A DNA stretch of 64,000 bases from assembly GCA_963575745.1 (NCBI GenBank), contig CAUYUJ010000061.1, forward strand, positions 1 through 64,000. The letters run 5' to 3'. This DNA is from Prorocentrum cordatum. Lineage: Eukaryota. Every line of letters starts with the position of its first letter. The first letter of the stretch is position 1. Of the stretch, positions 1 to 11,800 are shown piece after piece. A program made the position numbers and the translations under genes. A model generated the notes under the pieces. It worked only from the letters and a program-made list of their open reading frames with translations. It was not told the DNA's origin and searched no databases.

Positions 1-678
1 GAGGAGGAGGAGGAGGAGGAGAAACCGGTGGCTCCGGAGCGTCCGGAGCCTCCGGAGTTCTCGGGGGCGGGAGGAGTGGCAGATTATAGGGAGGAGTGCG
101 CGCTGGAGGCGCGGGACGGTTCCGGAGGCGTTTCGGGCGTCTGGGGGCATCCGGAGGTCGAAATGGCGGAGGAGGAGGAGGAGGAGGAGGAGGAGGAGGA
201 GGAGGAGGAAAAAACGGAGGTTTTGGAGTTTCCGGTGCCTCCGGAGCTTCCGGGGGCGGGAGGAGTGGCAAAACATGGGGAGGGGTATGCGCTGGAGGCG
301 CCGGTCGGTTCCGGAGGCGTGTTGGGCTTCTGGGGGTCCGTTTCGGGGCTCCGGGGGTATTTGGAGGTTGAAATGGAAGAGGGAGAAGACCCGGTCACGG
401 TCGCCGTGCCAGTCCCAGTGCGTCACTCAGAGAATTCGCCGATGGAAGATCGTGACCACCCCGAATTTATTGAACGTTTTGACGCGGGGGAAATTGGTGC
501 TTTCGCCGCCAGCGACTGCGACGACGACGACGAGAACGACGCGGACGACGATTGGTTTCGAGCTGACGACAACGTCTGTCCAGCAACGGTCCCGGCTTCC
601 GCCTTGGCTCTGGCGTTGGCCTCGGCTCCTGTCGCGGCCGTGGGCCCGCTCCCGGCCCGAGTCTACGGGTCGGAGTAA
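1..678 (+). CDS. Acidic low-complexity ORF, open at the window edge; same frame as the 709 ORF and separated from it by one TAA, so possibly an N-terminal part of the Helentron polyprotein
   Basis: ORF 28..678 with poly-E/D and an imperfect ~200-bp tandem duplication (about 25-170 vs 232-380); no stop between 679 and 709. Confidence 0.35.
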   Translation, partial: EEEEEEEKPVAPERPEPPEFSGAGGVADYREECALEARDGSGGVSGVWGHPEVEMAEEEEEEEEEEEEEEKTEVLEFPVPPELPGAGGVAKHGEGYALEAPVGSGGVLGFWGSVSGLRGYLEVEMEEGEDPVTVAVPVPVRHSENSPMEDRDHPEFIERFDAGEIGAFAASDCDDDDENDADDDWFRADDNVCPATVPASALALALASAPVAAVGPLPARVYGSE

Positions 679-708
679 CGCGCATCGGGCGATCGGCTGC
701 GGGAGTCT

Positions 709-3700
709 TTGCTCGCAGAGCACGCCGTGATCCACGAGGAGGTCGTCGATGATTCCGCGTTGGATGCGGCGGAGCGCGAGCAGAAATCGCTCCGGAAAGC
801 GTGCCGCGCGTCGCGCCGGTGGTCTCGGTGTGCGCGGCGGGAGGCGGAGTGGGCGCGGTGGACGGAGCTGGCGGCCGAGCGGAACGAGCAGATCGCGGGG
901 AGTGTGCTGGCTCCCGTCGTGCCGCGTTCGTTGGAGCGTGATGCGTCCCCGGAGCGCGTCCTGCATGGCCGCCGGGCGCATGGGGGAGCGCACAAGGACG
1001 AGCGATTGGAGCAGTTTCTGAACGCCCGCGCGGCGCGTGCAGTCGACGCGGAGCCGCGTGCGCGCGCCGCTTCGCGCGCTGCCGTGGTGCCGGACGATGC
1101 TGCGTGGACCGTGGGCGACACGGCCCTGCGCGCCGCGTGTGTCCTCGTCGCCCTCGGGGCGTGCCCGCCGCAGGTGGACGATAAGGTGGTCACGGCGCGG
1201 CGGGCCGCTGTGGCGCGCCTGTGGAAGGAGAGAGAGACCTTCTGTCGCGACGCGGAAGCTTTGCCGGACGGTGTGCCGTCTGCCGCGAATGTTCGAGTCG
1301 CCAAGTGGTTTTATTGGGGCTTGCGTGGGCTCTTCGCGCGGAGGTGCGGGGGGCGGCGCGTGTGCGCGCGCAGGTTCTCCCCCGGCATTGGGATCGGCGG
1401 TACCAAGGGCAGGGCGGGCCAGGGCGCGGACGAGTGCGTGGGGGATGCTGCCTGGAGGGCGTCGCAGGGTGCGGGGCAGTGCGTCGGTGTTGCCGCGCTT
1501 CGCGTGGTTTGTCTTTTCGTCGCTCTGGGCGGGGTGCCTTGGGACAAGCTTTCGCGCGTGGGGCTCGGTGCTGCCGGGGCGTCTGGCGCGTCCCGCGCGT
1601 GGCGTCGGCGCCTGCGACGAGGCGTCGCGTCGGGGCGATTCGGAGTCGTCGATGCGGGGGATTGCCTGGGGCCGTGGCGGAATAAGTGCTTGCAATTGAG
1701 TGTGTCTCGGTGTGGGGGTGCCGGCACGCGCGCGCACGCGGAGTGTTTCTTCGAGTTGCAGTGCGCCAATGATTCCGGGGCTGGGGCGTGCGGTGACGCT
1801 GCGGAGAGAATGAATTTTGCGACGTTTCAGGCATGGCTGGAGGCGCGGCGGGCGAGGGTGCGCGTGTATGAGGCTGACAGCGCAGGCCATGTACTGCGTG
1901 GGGAGTGTTCCGGCGCGTGGCCTTTGGGTTGCGCGGAGGGGCAGGACATGGGTAGAGTTGTGTGGTATCCAGAGGGGCACGTCGCCGCGGTCGTCGATGT
2001 GGACGGCCGCCTGGCCGACGGCGTGCCCCTCGGAGATGGCGGCGTCGCGCCGTGGGAGCGGTCGGTGGCGGGGGCGCCGAAGAAGAATGCGCCGAAGAAG
2101 AAAGCGGCCGCGAAGACTCAGCGAGGTGCGCATCTGCGCGGCGCGCAGAACCCGAACGTCATGGCCGGCGTTGTTGCGAGGACGCGGCGCGGCGAGGAGG
2201 CGGCGGGTGTTGCTGCAGGTGTCGAGGGTCCGCGCGGGGCCGACCCGGCGGAAGGGGGGGCGACGCGACGTGCGTCCGAGAGCCGTGGGAGCGATAGCGT
2301 TGGCAGGGCCGCGGCGCTCCCTAGGATTCCGGGGATGACTGATTTCAGTGACGACGACGAGGGTTCAGCGGAGGCCGAGGGCAATCGCGGTGGGATGGAG
2401 GGCGCGCCCGGGCGCGGGGGTGGTGCCGCGCCAGCCGCGCGCGCGCAGATGCCGCGCATTCGAGGTATGACCGATTTCAGCAGCGACGACGACGACGCGG
2501 GTATTGTCGCGGGGCCTGCTGCAGGCGGAGGTCAGAGCGGCCGCGGCGGCCGCGGCCCGCGTGGGGGGCGGGGGCGCGTTGGGGGACGTGGTGGAGGGCG
2601 GGCTTCGGGCAGTGCGTTGCCGCGTATCCGTGGCATGACGGATTTCAGTAGCGACGATGATGGAGGAGGTGCGAGCGGGGCGGAGTTCGTTGGGGTCTCG
2701 CGAAAGGGCAGGAGAGCGCGTCGGTCGCGCGGGGCTGCGGATGGGTCGCTCGCGACGGAGGCGGAGTCCAGGCAGTTCCAGCCGGATTACGTGGACGAGG
2801 ACCGCTGCAAAGGGATGACGTGGGGAGGCGGCTGGGGGCGGGAGCAGTGTCGGTTTCGGCCGCAGAAAGGGAGCGACGTGTGCGGGAAGTGTGCCAGGCA
2901 TGGGTGTCCGCACGGGCGCGTCAGGGGTCCACTTCCTGCGCTCGCGTTGGACAAGTTCAAGGAGTTTGCTTTGAAGGCGAACAAGCCGTCGAAGCAGTGG
3001 TACGCGCGGCACGCGATGTGGGAAGCGGCGGCGAAGATGAAGCCTGAGTTGAAGTCGCTGTGTGAGGTGGACGAGCACGGGCGGTTCGTGCTGTCGAACA
3101 GTGAGTATGAGCAGTGCCTGAAGCAGGTGCATGATAATTTCAGAATTCACAAAAACTATAAGCGATCGGGCTTCGTGTATGACCAGGGCGCAGGTGTGCG
3201 GACCGCGCAGGATCGCTGCGTGGAGGGCGAAACGCGGTTCGGGTCGGAGAGGGAGTCGTACAATGGGCGGGAGGGGGGTAAGGTGTTCATGTGGTACAGC
3301 CGGCCGGTCTTCAACAAGTACTTGGCGCAATTGCAGACCAGCGAGGTGGACTGCAGCGAGAAGGACTGCATGGAGGCGCTGCGCTTGACCAGCGACGAAA
3401 TTCGAAGGTATCCGATGAAGCAGCAGTACCTCAAGCAGTTTGCAGGCCCGCAGTGCTATCCGCACGTCGATCCGCGGTCCAAGGGGAACAGGCTGCACGC
3501 GAACGAGAGTGCGGGGCAAGTGCCCGGCGAGGATCAGGGGGCCGACGGCGGCGGCGGGCCCGGGGGGTGCGCGGGCGCCGACGACGGGGCGTCGCACTTG
3601 TTTTGCATGCGGAACTGGGCGCAGTGCGATCGGTGCCATTGCTGGCGCCTGCTCTTGCCTGCCTGCGCTGCGCGTGCGCGTGGGGATGAGTACTATAAGG

Positions 3701-5835
3701 TTCGCGACACCGACCTGGACTGGGAGGAGTGGTTGAGGGGGGCGGCGGCGCGGTGCGCGGGGGCGGTGGCTGCGTCGGGGGACCAGGGCGCTGCGCTCGG
3801 GGGAGAGGGCGGCGACGCCGCGGGGGATGGGCCGCAGGAGGACGGCGTCGCTGGGGACGTGCGCCGGCGTGGTCGGAAGCGGCGCCTGGGGCGCAAGACG
3901 TCGCAGGAGGAGCGCGACCGGGCGGAGGGCGCTGAGGCGAGTCTTGCGTCGGAGGATCAAGGCGCTGCGCGCGGCGGCGAGGGCGACGACGCGGCGGGCG
4001 GCGCGGTGTGCGAGGGCGGCGGTGCGGGGGGGGCGCGCGGGGGGCGCGGGAAGCGGCGGTTGGGGCGCAAGACGTCGGAGGGGGAGGCCAACGGGGAGGC
4101 GCGCGGGGGCCGCGGGAAGCGGCGGCTGGGCCGTAAGACGTCCGAGGCGGAGGCTGCCGGGGGCGGCGCGGGGCGCGGCGCGGGGAGGCGGCGGTTGGGG
4201 CGCAAGATGTCTGAGGCAGAGGCGGCCGGTGCCAGTGTTGCGAGCGGGGCTGACGATTGCGGGCGTGCTGGCGAGGGCGCGGCGGAGGCGGCGAGGCCAG
4301 CGAAGCGCAGGAGGCTCGGGCGCAAGACGTCCGCCGAAGAACGCGCTGAGGTGAGCGGCGCGGGGCGCGGGGCCGCGGGAGAGGCGCGCGGCGGCGAGCT
4401 GGTCGCCGAGATGGCGGAGGTCTCGGCGTCGGAGCATGACGACGAGCGGTCTGCGTCGGACCGCGAGGTCGCCTCGGAGGACGACGTGGCGCTGCCGGGC
4501 GAGGTGCGCGCGGCGCTCGACGCGGAGCTCGTGCGCCTCGATGGTGCCGGGCCGCTGGCGGAGGCAGACCTGGCGGCGTCGCGAGCGGCAGAGGGCGCGG
4601 AGGGGCGCGCGTCGCGCCGCGCTGCCTTGCCTCGAAGCGGGGGTGGCCCTGCGCGCGCGTGGGCAGTGGCGTCCGTGCCGCACTTGAAGGAGAAGCGGCT
4701 GCGGCAGCTGGTCGATGCCGCGCGCGAGTATTTGGTGTCGCGGCGAGGGTGCGATCGGGCAGCCGTGCGCTTCCAGGGGTCCGACGGGGACGCGCTGTGG
4801 GGTGCGCTGATGGAGCCGGGGCAACCGGGCCGCTTCGGGCGCGCGTTGCTGCAGCTGGAGGGTCGCGCGCAGGGTCGCGACCCCGGCGAGGCGCGCACGG
4901 GGTGGGAGGAGGTGTCCGTGGAGGAAGACTTCCGTTGGCGCTCCCAGTGGCCTCGGGTGCGCTTCGAGTGTAGCATGCTGCAGACGCCAGTCGTGGGGGA
5001 GGGTGGCGCGACGCAGTGTCGCGCGGTGCGGTGCTGCGATGAGCCGGGTGGGGGAGATGCGGACGACTTCCAGGCTCTGTGGCAGCGCGAGTCTCGCGTT
5101 GCGGTGGGCTTCGCGGCGAACGTGGTCCCGGGCGACGACGTGGTCGTCTTGCCCGTGGAGCGGCCTGCAGGGTGGCGGGGGCCCGCGGATATGGCGGGCG
5201 CGTGGTGGCGGGGCCAGGGCCCGCGCGAGCGCAGGGCGGAGGAGGGCGAGGACCCGGGCCGCGTCTGGGTGGGCCAGCTCCAGGAGGACGCGGGAGTGGC
5301 GGGGCTGCTGGCCGAGGGCGGCGCGGGCGAGCGCACTGCAATAGAGGGCCTCGACGCGCTGCGGCAGGCCGCTGCCCAGGGCGCCAGGGGGGCGGGTCGC
5401 GGAGGTCGGGGGAGAGGGCGCCGAGCGAAGAAGCGCGGCCGCTACGGCGATGCTCTGCGGGTGGAGATTCGGACGAGATGGGCTCCAGGGGGGGTCCCCG
5501 CGAAGGAGGGGCCTGCCGCTCGGGAGGTGTTCGTGTTCGGGGCCATGCCCGAGACGCAGGAGTGGGAGTTCAAACCGAAGGGGCGCGTTCGCAATCGTGC
5601 GGGCTCGTTCGCAAGGGAGGTTCTGCTTGACCACCGAGCGCGCCTGGCTGCGGGAGATGTGCACCAGAAGTGCATGCTGCTGGCGCTGAAGACAGTGCCG
5701 CTGCGCGTGGCGAAGTACGACGTGCAGCTGCGCGACGCGTCCGTGCGGGCGGTGCAGGCGGCGCAGGCGATCCTGACGCGGATGGTGAAGTTCACGTGCC
5801 ACGAGTGCCAGGAGCGGTTCCCGGCGTTCCACCCG
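709..5835 (+). CDS. Helentron polyprotein, N-terminal part (repeats, Cys clusters, CW-zinc-finger-like motif); joined to the downstream ORF by a 1-nt frameshift
   Basis: ORF 709..6291 reads as protein-like up to CHECQERFPAFHP (~5835). Contains WAQCDRCHCWRLL (~3616), 3x PRIxGMTDFS and 6x RRLGRKxS. Confidence 0.7.
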
Positions 5836-8800
5836 GCTTCGAGCCGCCGGAGCAGCTCGCGGAGGAGATGCTGCTGCTGCGGCGCGGCGGGGACGGGCTG
5901 GCCGCGTGCAGCACGGAGGTGGCCGAGTGGGACGAGGTGCCGCCGCGCGACCCGCCGGACGGCTTCGCTCTGGAGTGCAGGGGCGTGTGTATGCGGTGCA
6001 GGCAGGACCTGGACAAGCAGGCCGCGGCCGCGGCCACGGAGGACGACCTGTATCAGGTGGTGGGGCTCCGCACCGCGCAGAACCACATGGACCCGTGCTT
6101 CCGCTTCCCGTCCGATGACCTGCGCGAGCTTTTCGACCAGGCCACGCTCACGGAGAGCCTGCTCATTGCCCTGGACCACATGCAGGTGCACCTGGCCACG
6201 GTGTCCCGCACGGGGCTGCGCAAGTTCCGCAAGAACATCATCTCGTTCCCCCAGGATGTGGCAGGGTTCTCGCGGCGCCACGAGCTCATGAAAGGGTTCC
6301 GCGTGGGGGACCGCGTGAACTCGGCGCGCGGGCCCGGCGAGCGCCCCGACGACCCGCGCCGTCCCGAGCGCATGGCCGCGGGCTGCACGGACGAGGAGCG
6401 GCAGCGCTTCGGCGTGGACCTGCACGGGCGCCTGGTCTTCCCAGGGCGCGTCGTGGAGGTGCTGCTCAGCGGGGACGTGATCATCGAGTACGATGGGCGC
6501 GTCGTGGAGGTGCTGCTCAGCGGGGACGTGATCATCGAGTACGATCATGGAGGCAGGGGGAGGGAGCTCCAGGAGAACGTGGAGCCGCGGGTGGTGCTGC
6601 CCTGGCACCCCCGGAAAGTGCCCTTCAGCTTGATGTTGCGGCGGAATGTAGGGTTCGGGAAGGAGGTCGTGGAGGGCCTGCACGTGCGCTGGCGCTACTG
6701 TGGGCACGTGCTCCGGGCGTTGTGTGCGTTTGCGGGCACGTATGGGCCCTGGCGCCTGGGGGGTACTGCGGACGAGCCCATGCACAAGTACTACGACCCG
6801 CGCCTGTTTGACGTGCTCCCGGACGACGAGATCCTCGCGTCCTACGCGCCGAGAGAGAGCGAAGACGGCGTCCTGCCGTCGGGGGGCGAGGCCAGGGAGC
6901 CGGAGGAGCTTGGGCCCGTGACGGAAGCGGAGGCCATTGCTCGGGATTGCGTCCCCTGTGGCGTCGACGTCGTCACGCCGCGCCAGTTCATTGCCGCGGG
7001 CTTCGACGTGCACTTCGTCGGGCCCCGCGACGACGCCGGGCGCGAGCCTGCTGGCCGCGAGGGCGACGATGCGCGGGGAGGCGACGAGGGCGGCGCGGAG
7101 GCCGCGGCCGAGGGTGATGCCGATGCGGCGGCTGACGGGGAGTTCGACGTCGGCGTGGAAGATGAAGCCATGGCCGTTGATCACGACGTGTTCAGTGCGT
7201 GGCTCGACAAGGCGCAGTTTGAGTATGGTGGGGCAGTGCAGCGATGGTGGACGGGGTTGCAGCCGGAGGCGGAGGGCCAGTTGGAGGGGTTGAAGTTTGG
7301 TGACGACGAGACGACGGAGGACCTGTTCGGCCGCCTGCTGGCTGCGGCGCGGGAGGATAACGCCGTGAAGTCCGTGCAGAGGGACCGCGTGGCCGTGGAC
7401 TGCGTGCGCGTCGAGTTCCTCGTCGATTGGATGCGACCCCGTGTGCAGGGCCGGTTTGCCGGTGCGGAGGGCGGCGTCTCTCGCGAGTCGGTTTTGGACG
7501 AGGTGATGCTCGAGCTGGCCATGGCGGGAACGTTCGTGGCAGCTGCGCGCGATAGGGACACGGGGTGCGTCGAGGAGAACTTGCCGGAGTTTGACGAGGA
7601 CGAGGCAGTCGCGCGGACGGGTGAGCGCTTGATTTACGGCTGGCCCGGACAGAGCGAGGACCCGGTCCCGGCGCGCGCCATCGGGCGTTTCGCGAGGGCG
7701 TTCCCGTTGGAGTTTCCCATGGGCATCGGCGACCTCTTCGACGACCGTCCCCGGCGGGTGTCCGTGCAGGACTGGGTGCAGCACCTGATGCGCTACCGCA
7801 CCGGGCAGTTCGTCGGCGGCCCGCGTGGCCAGCGCGTGATGTGGGCCATGGTGAACGTGCTGCTCCTGAACGAGGCGCGGGGCAAGGGTTTTGGGGTGTA
7901 TCGGACCATGTACAGGCGCGCGGGCCTCGGCGTCCAGGGCCCAAGTGTGATGACGAAGGGCGGGCTCAGGCAAATCCTGGAGAGCGAGGACCGCGTGCGG
8001 ATCCTGGTGGGCCAGCTCGCGAACGTGGGCCGCGATGTGCCCTCGACCACCATGCACTGGTCGTATGAGTCGAAGAAGTTGCAGAGCACCGTGAAGCACC
8101 TGTCCTGGCACCCGCCCTGGGTCGAGGGCACTCAGGCGGACGGCGCCGAGCCGGTCGGCAGGCGGTTCCTCCGCGAGCTGGACCTGCCGGCGGGGAAGGG
8201 GCGGACTCAGCGCGGGCGTGCGCTTGTGCCGGATGTCGTCGGGCTCGGCCGTCACCCGTCCATTTGGTGGACGCAGAATCCGTTTTACAACGCCGCGTAT
8301 GACATTCAGCGCATGGGGGGAGGTCCAGGGGCGCGGGCGGCGGGAGACCGTGCTCTGGGGGATTGGGTTGGTGACGGGCGAGAGGAGCGCTTCCGTTTCG
8401 CGCGGGACAACCCGGACCTGGTGGCCTACATGATGGCCTTGCGGGTGGAGCTGAACATGCGGATGGTGATGCCCGCCGTACTGCCCCACTCGGAGCAGTT
8501 CAAGTACATGGCCATGGCCAGGGCCGAGTGTGGCGCGGGTGGCAATCTGCATTACCACGGGTTCAGCGTGGGGCTGCCTGGGCCGGCGGTTGCGCGGGTT
8601 CGCGCGGACGTGGACGGGGAGGGGGACATGCTTCCGCCGAGCGTGGCGAGCGACGTGGCGGCGTGCCTGCCCTCGCTTGAGGCAGGACCGCTGGCCTGGC
8701 CCCTGCAGGAGCGGAGGCGTCGTGGTGCTGCCCTCGCTGCCCTGGAGCAGGTCCTGCGCGCCGTTGCCGGCCGGCCTGGCCAGCGTGCGCCGCGGGCTCC

Positions 8801-11800
8801 TGCGGGTGAGGGCTCTGCGGCTTCGGGATCATGTAGTGAAGATGGCGCAGGCGACGACGAGGATGAGTTCGTGGGCAGGGCTTCTGCGCTCCTCGACGCC
8901 CTGGTGGATCGAGGGTGGCTGGTGCTCGTGCAAGGGGAGGAGGGCGTCCGCGGCCAGGGGGCGGAGGCCGACGTTGCTTTCGAGCGCGTCGGGCCAGAGG
9001 ATCCAGCGCCGGAGGACGAGGCGGGGGGTGATCCCGTGGAGGACGTTCAGGATGGTGATGGCGTTGAGGGCCGCGGTGCTGCTCGGGGGTCGAGACCTGC
9101 TGGGGTCCCCCACGGGGCCCGCGGGCAGCGACTAGGGGGTGCTGGTCTCGACTTCGGCGTGCTGAAGCCGGAGCATGAGGACGTCGCGCTGCAGAGCGTT
9201 TTGGAGAAGCGGTTCTATGAGTTCTTCGGGCACGTTGTCTCGGAGTGGAACCCGTGCTACGACGACGCGGGCGCGTGCAGGTACACGTGGGACGACGAGG
9301 TTGGCGCCTTCGACCTGGACGTGGAGATGGAGGGCGAGGCTGTGCGCGAGACGTCGGAGGGCCGGGCGGTGCGTAGCGTGCCCGCTTCTGCGCCGGAGTG
9401 CTTGAACTTGCGGAAGGTTCTGGACGAGGCCTTTGCGTCCGAGGCGTCGGGGAAGTTGGACGTGCAACCCGTTCGGCGACTGGTGGCTGCGCTGGTGAAC
9501 AGGGTGGCGCGGCACACGAAGCATGGCATGGGGCCGCCGCGGCTCGGGGTTCACGCGTGTGCTCGCGGAAAGGAGGGGTGCGTGTTCTGCCGATATGATT
9601 TCCCGCGCGACAGGTGGGGCCGCGTCGGGCCCCGGCCGTTCCGCATGGAGAAGGGCCGCCGGGAGGGCCACTGGCAGGCGGTGTTTCCGCGGAACGACAG
9701 GCTCTGCAATAGTTACGAGGAGCACGTGCTGTTGGCCAACATGGGGAACATTGACTGGCGTCCCGTTCTGAACTTGTGGGCGGTCGTGGAGTACGTCACG
9801 AAGTACGCGACGAAGGCGCCCAAGGGCTCGCGGAAGATCAAGGAGGTGCTCGACGACGCCGTCAACGAGGTCTGCGCTTACGTCCCAGAGGGCGAAGGGA
9901 CTGATTTCCTTCGGCGCTCCATTCAGAAGTTCTTTGCTCGGATGCTCGGGGAGCGGGACTACCACTGTTACGAGGTGGCGCTGCTGGGGTTGCGCCTGCC
10001 CATGGTTTTGTCCATGCTGCCCGTCGTGACCCTCAACACGACGGGGGCCCGCGCGCTGAAGCCTGCGTCTGCGCTGCGGGACAAGGCAGATGACGAGCCT
10101 GTGCACTGGGATAGCAAAGTGGACAAGTTCGACAAGCGCCTGGAGTTTGTGCGTCGGCAGCGTGCCAGGGGGGACGAGTCCATCTCGGTGGAAGAGGTGC
10201 GCGATGTGTCGTTGTTCGAATTCTATTGGAAGTACGCTGTGTACCGCGGGAAGCTGAGGCGCGGGAACCCTGCGGTGTGTCTGCAGGTGACCCCTGGCTA
10301 TAGCGCGGAGTGCGCGAACGTGCAGCACGCCTGCCACGAGGCGTACGCGCGGGCGAACGTCATCGCGCACTGGCGGCACATGGCGACCGCGGACCGCAAG
10401 GCCATGATCGAACAGGAGATGCTGAGGGACGTCCGGCCGGTGCCGGCGGCTTGCATTGGGGCCACGGAGTTCGTTCAGCCTTTGGCGGGCGGTGCTGGCC
10501 AGGATGCTGGAAGCGAGCGGTTCCTGGGCGTGCAAGATCTCTGGCTCAAGTCGGGGGGAAGGGCCTGGGGGGGGCAGAGCGATCAGTATTGGGGGCATAT
10601 GATGATGGAGATGCTCACTGACCCCATGCTCCGCCAGTGGGTTCCGGCGTGGGTCGTGGAGCAGTACGAGCGCGCGAACCCGTTCTACAAGGAAGTGCTC
10701 GGCGCCATCCTGGAAGACGGGGTCGCTAGCAACCGGGAGCTGCTGCGCCGGACGCGACGCGAAATGGTGAGGCGGCATGAGGCGGGCCAGCAGGGGCGGG
10801 GCGCGGGGGCAGAGGAGGCGGCGGGCGGCGCCGGGGGGCAGGCGTCCGATGATGGCTCTGGGCGCGGCGACGATGACAGAGACAGCGAGAAGGCGGAGTC
10901 GGGGGAGGAAGTGGAGGACTTGGTGGACAGACTCGTGCTGCGCGGGGACGAGGACCCGAACGAGGAGGCTCGGGATGCTGTCTTACGCGAGGCGCGGCCG
11001 GGGGAGGGCGCTGAGTCTGCTGCGGCCGCGGGGGAGGCGTCCGAGTGGGAGCGCCGCCCAGCCGATGAGCGCGTCAGCGCGGCAGGCCCTGCTGTGCAGG
11101 CGGCGGACGTGCGCGTCGGGGATGTTGCGGGCGATGAGGTGCGCGGCAGGGTCCGGGTGAACCCCAAGGACTTCAATTGGTTGAACGAGGCGTGCAATGT
11201 GTCGACGAGCGAGAGAGGGCGTCTGGAGAAGCTCCGGGATGAGTGGTACGGAAAGGCCAAGGTAGGCGACGGGGCCGAGGTCGTCGAGCGCGCCGATCTC
11301 GACCCCTGGCAGAAGTTCGCCCACGACATCGTCATGGACGACCGCCATTCGGAGGCCGACCCGTTGAGATTGATGGTCACGGGCGTGGCCGGCACGGGGA
11401 AATCGCGCACCGTGCGCAGTTTCGTAGCCGCGAGGCGAAAGCGGGTGCGGCAGTTTGCCCCGAGGACGAGGCTGGATCAAGATCGCCGCGGCGTGCGCGA
11501 AATCCGACGAGGGCCTGAAGAGATTGATGAGGAGGAGCGGAATTGCTGCTTGCTCGCCGCTCCCACCGGGTGCGCCTCGTTCCAGTTGAAATATGGCGCG
11601 ACCACCCTGCACAGGGCGTTCGGTGTGCCGGTGGGATATTGCGGCCCTTGGGTACGCAAGGACGGGGACCGGTTTCAAAAGACGCAGACTCGACTGCGTC
11701 AGGCGAGGTTGTTTGTGTTGGATGAGATGAGCATGATCGGGCGGCAGATGCTGGGCAAGATCGAGTTCAAGGTGCAGGATACTCTTGGTGTTGCGGCGAA

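Noticed and set aside
5836..6291. C-terminal 150 aa of ORF 709..6291, and the first ~55 aa of ORF 5670..17999
   Set aside because: Out-of-frame run-on either side of the ~5835 frameshift.
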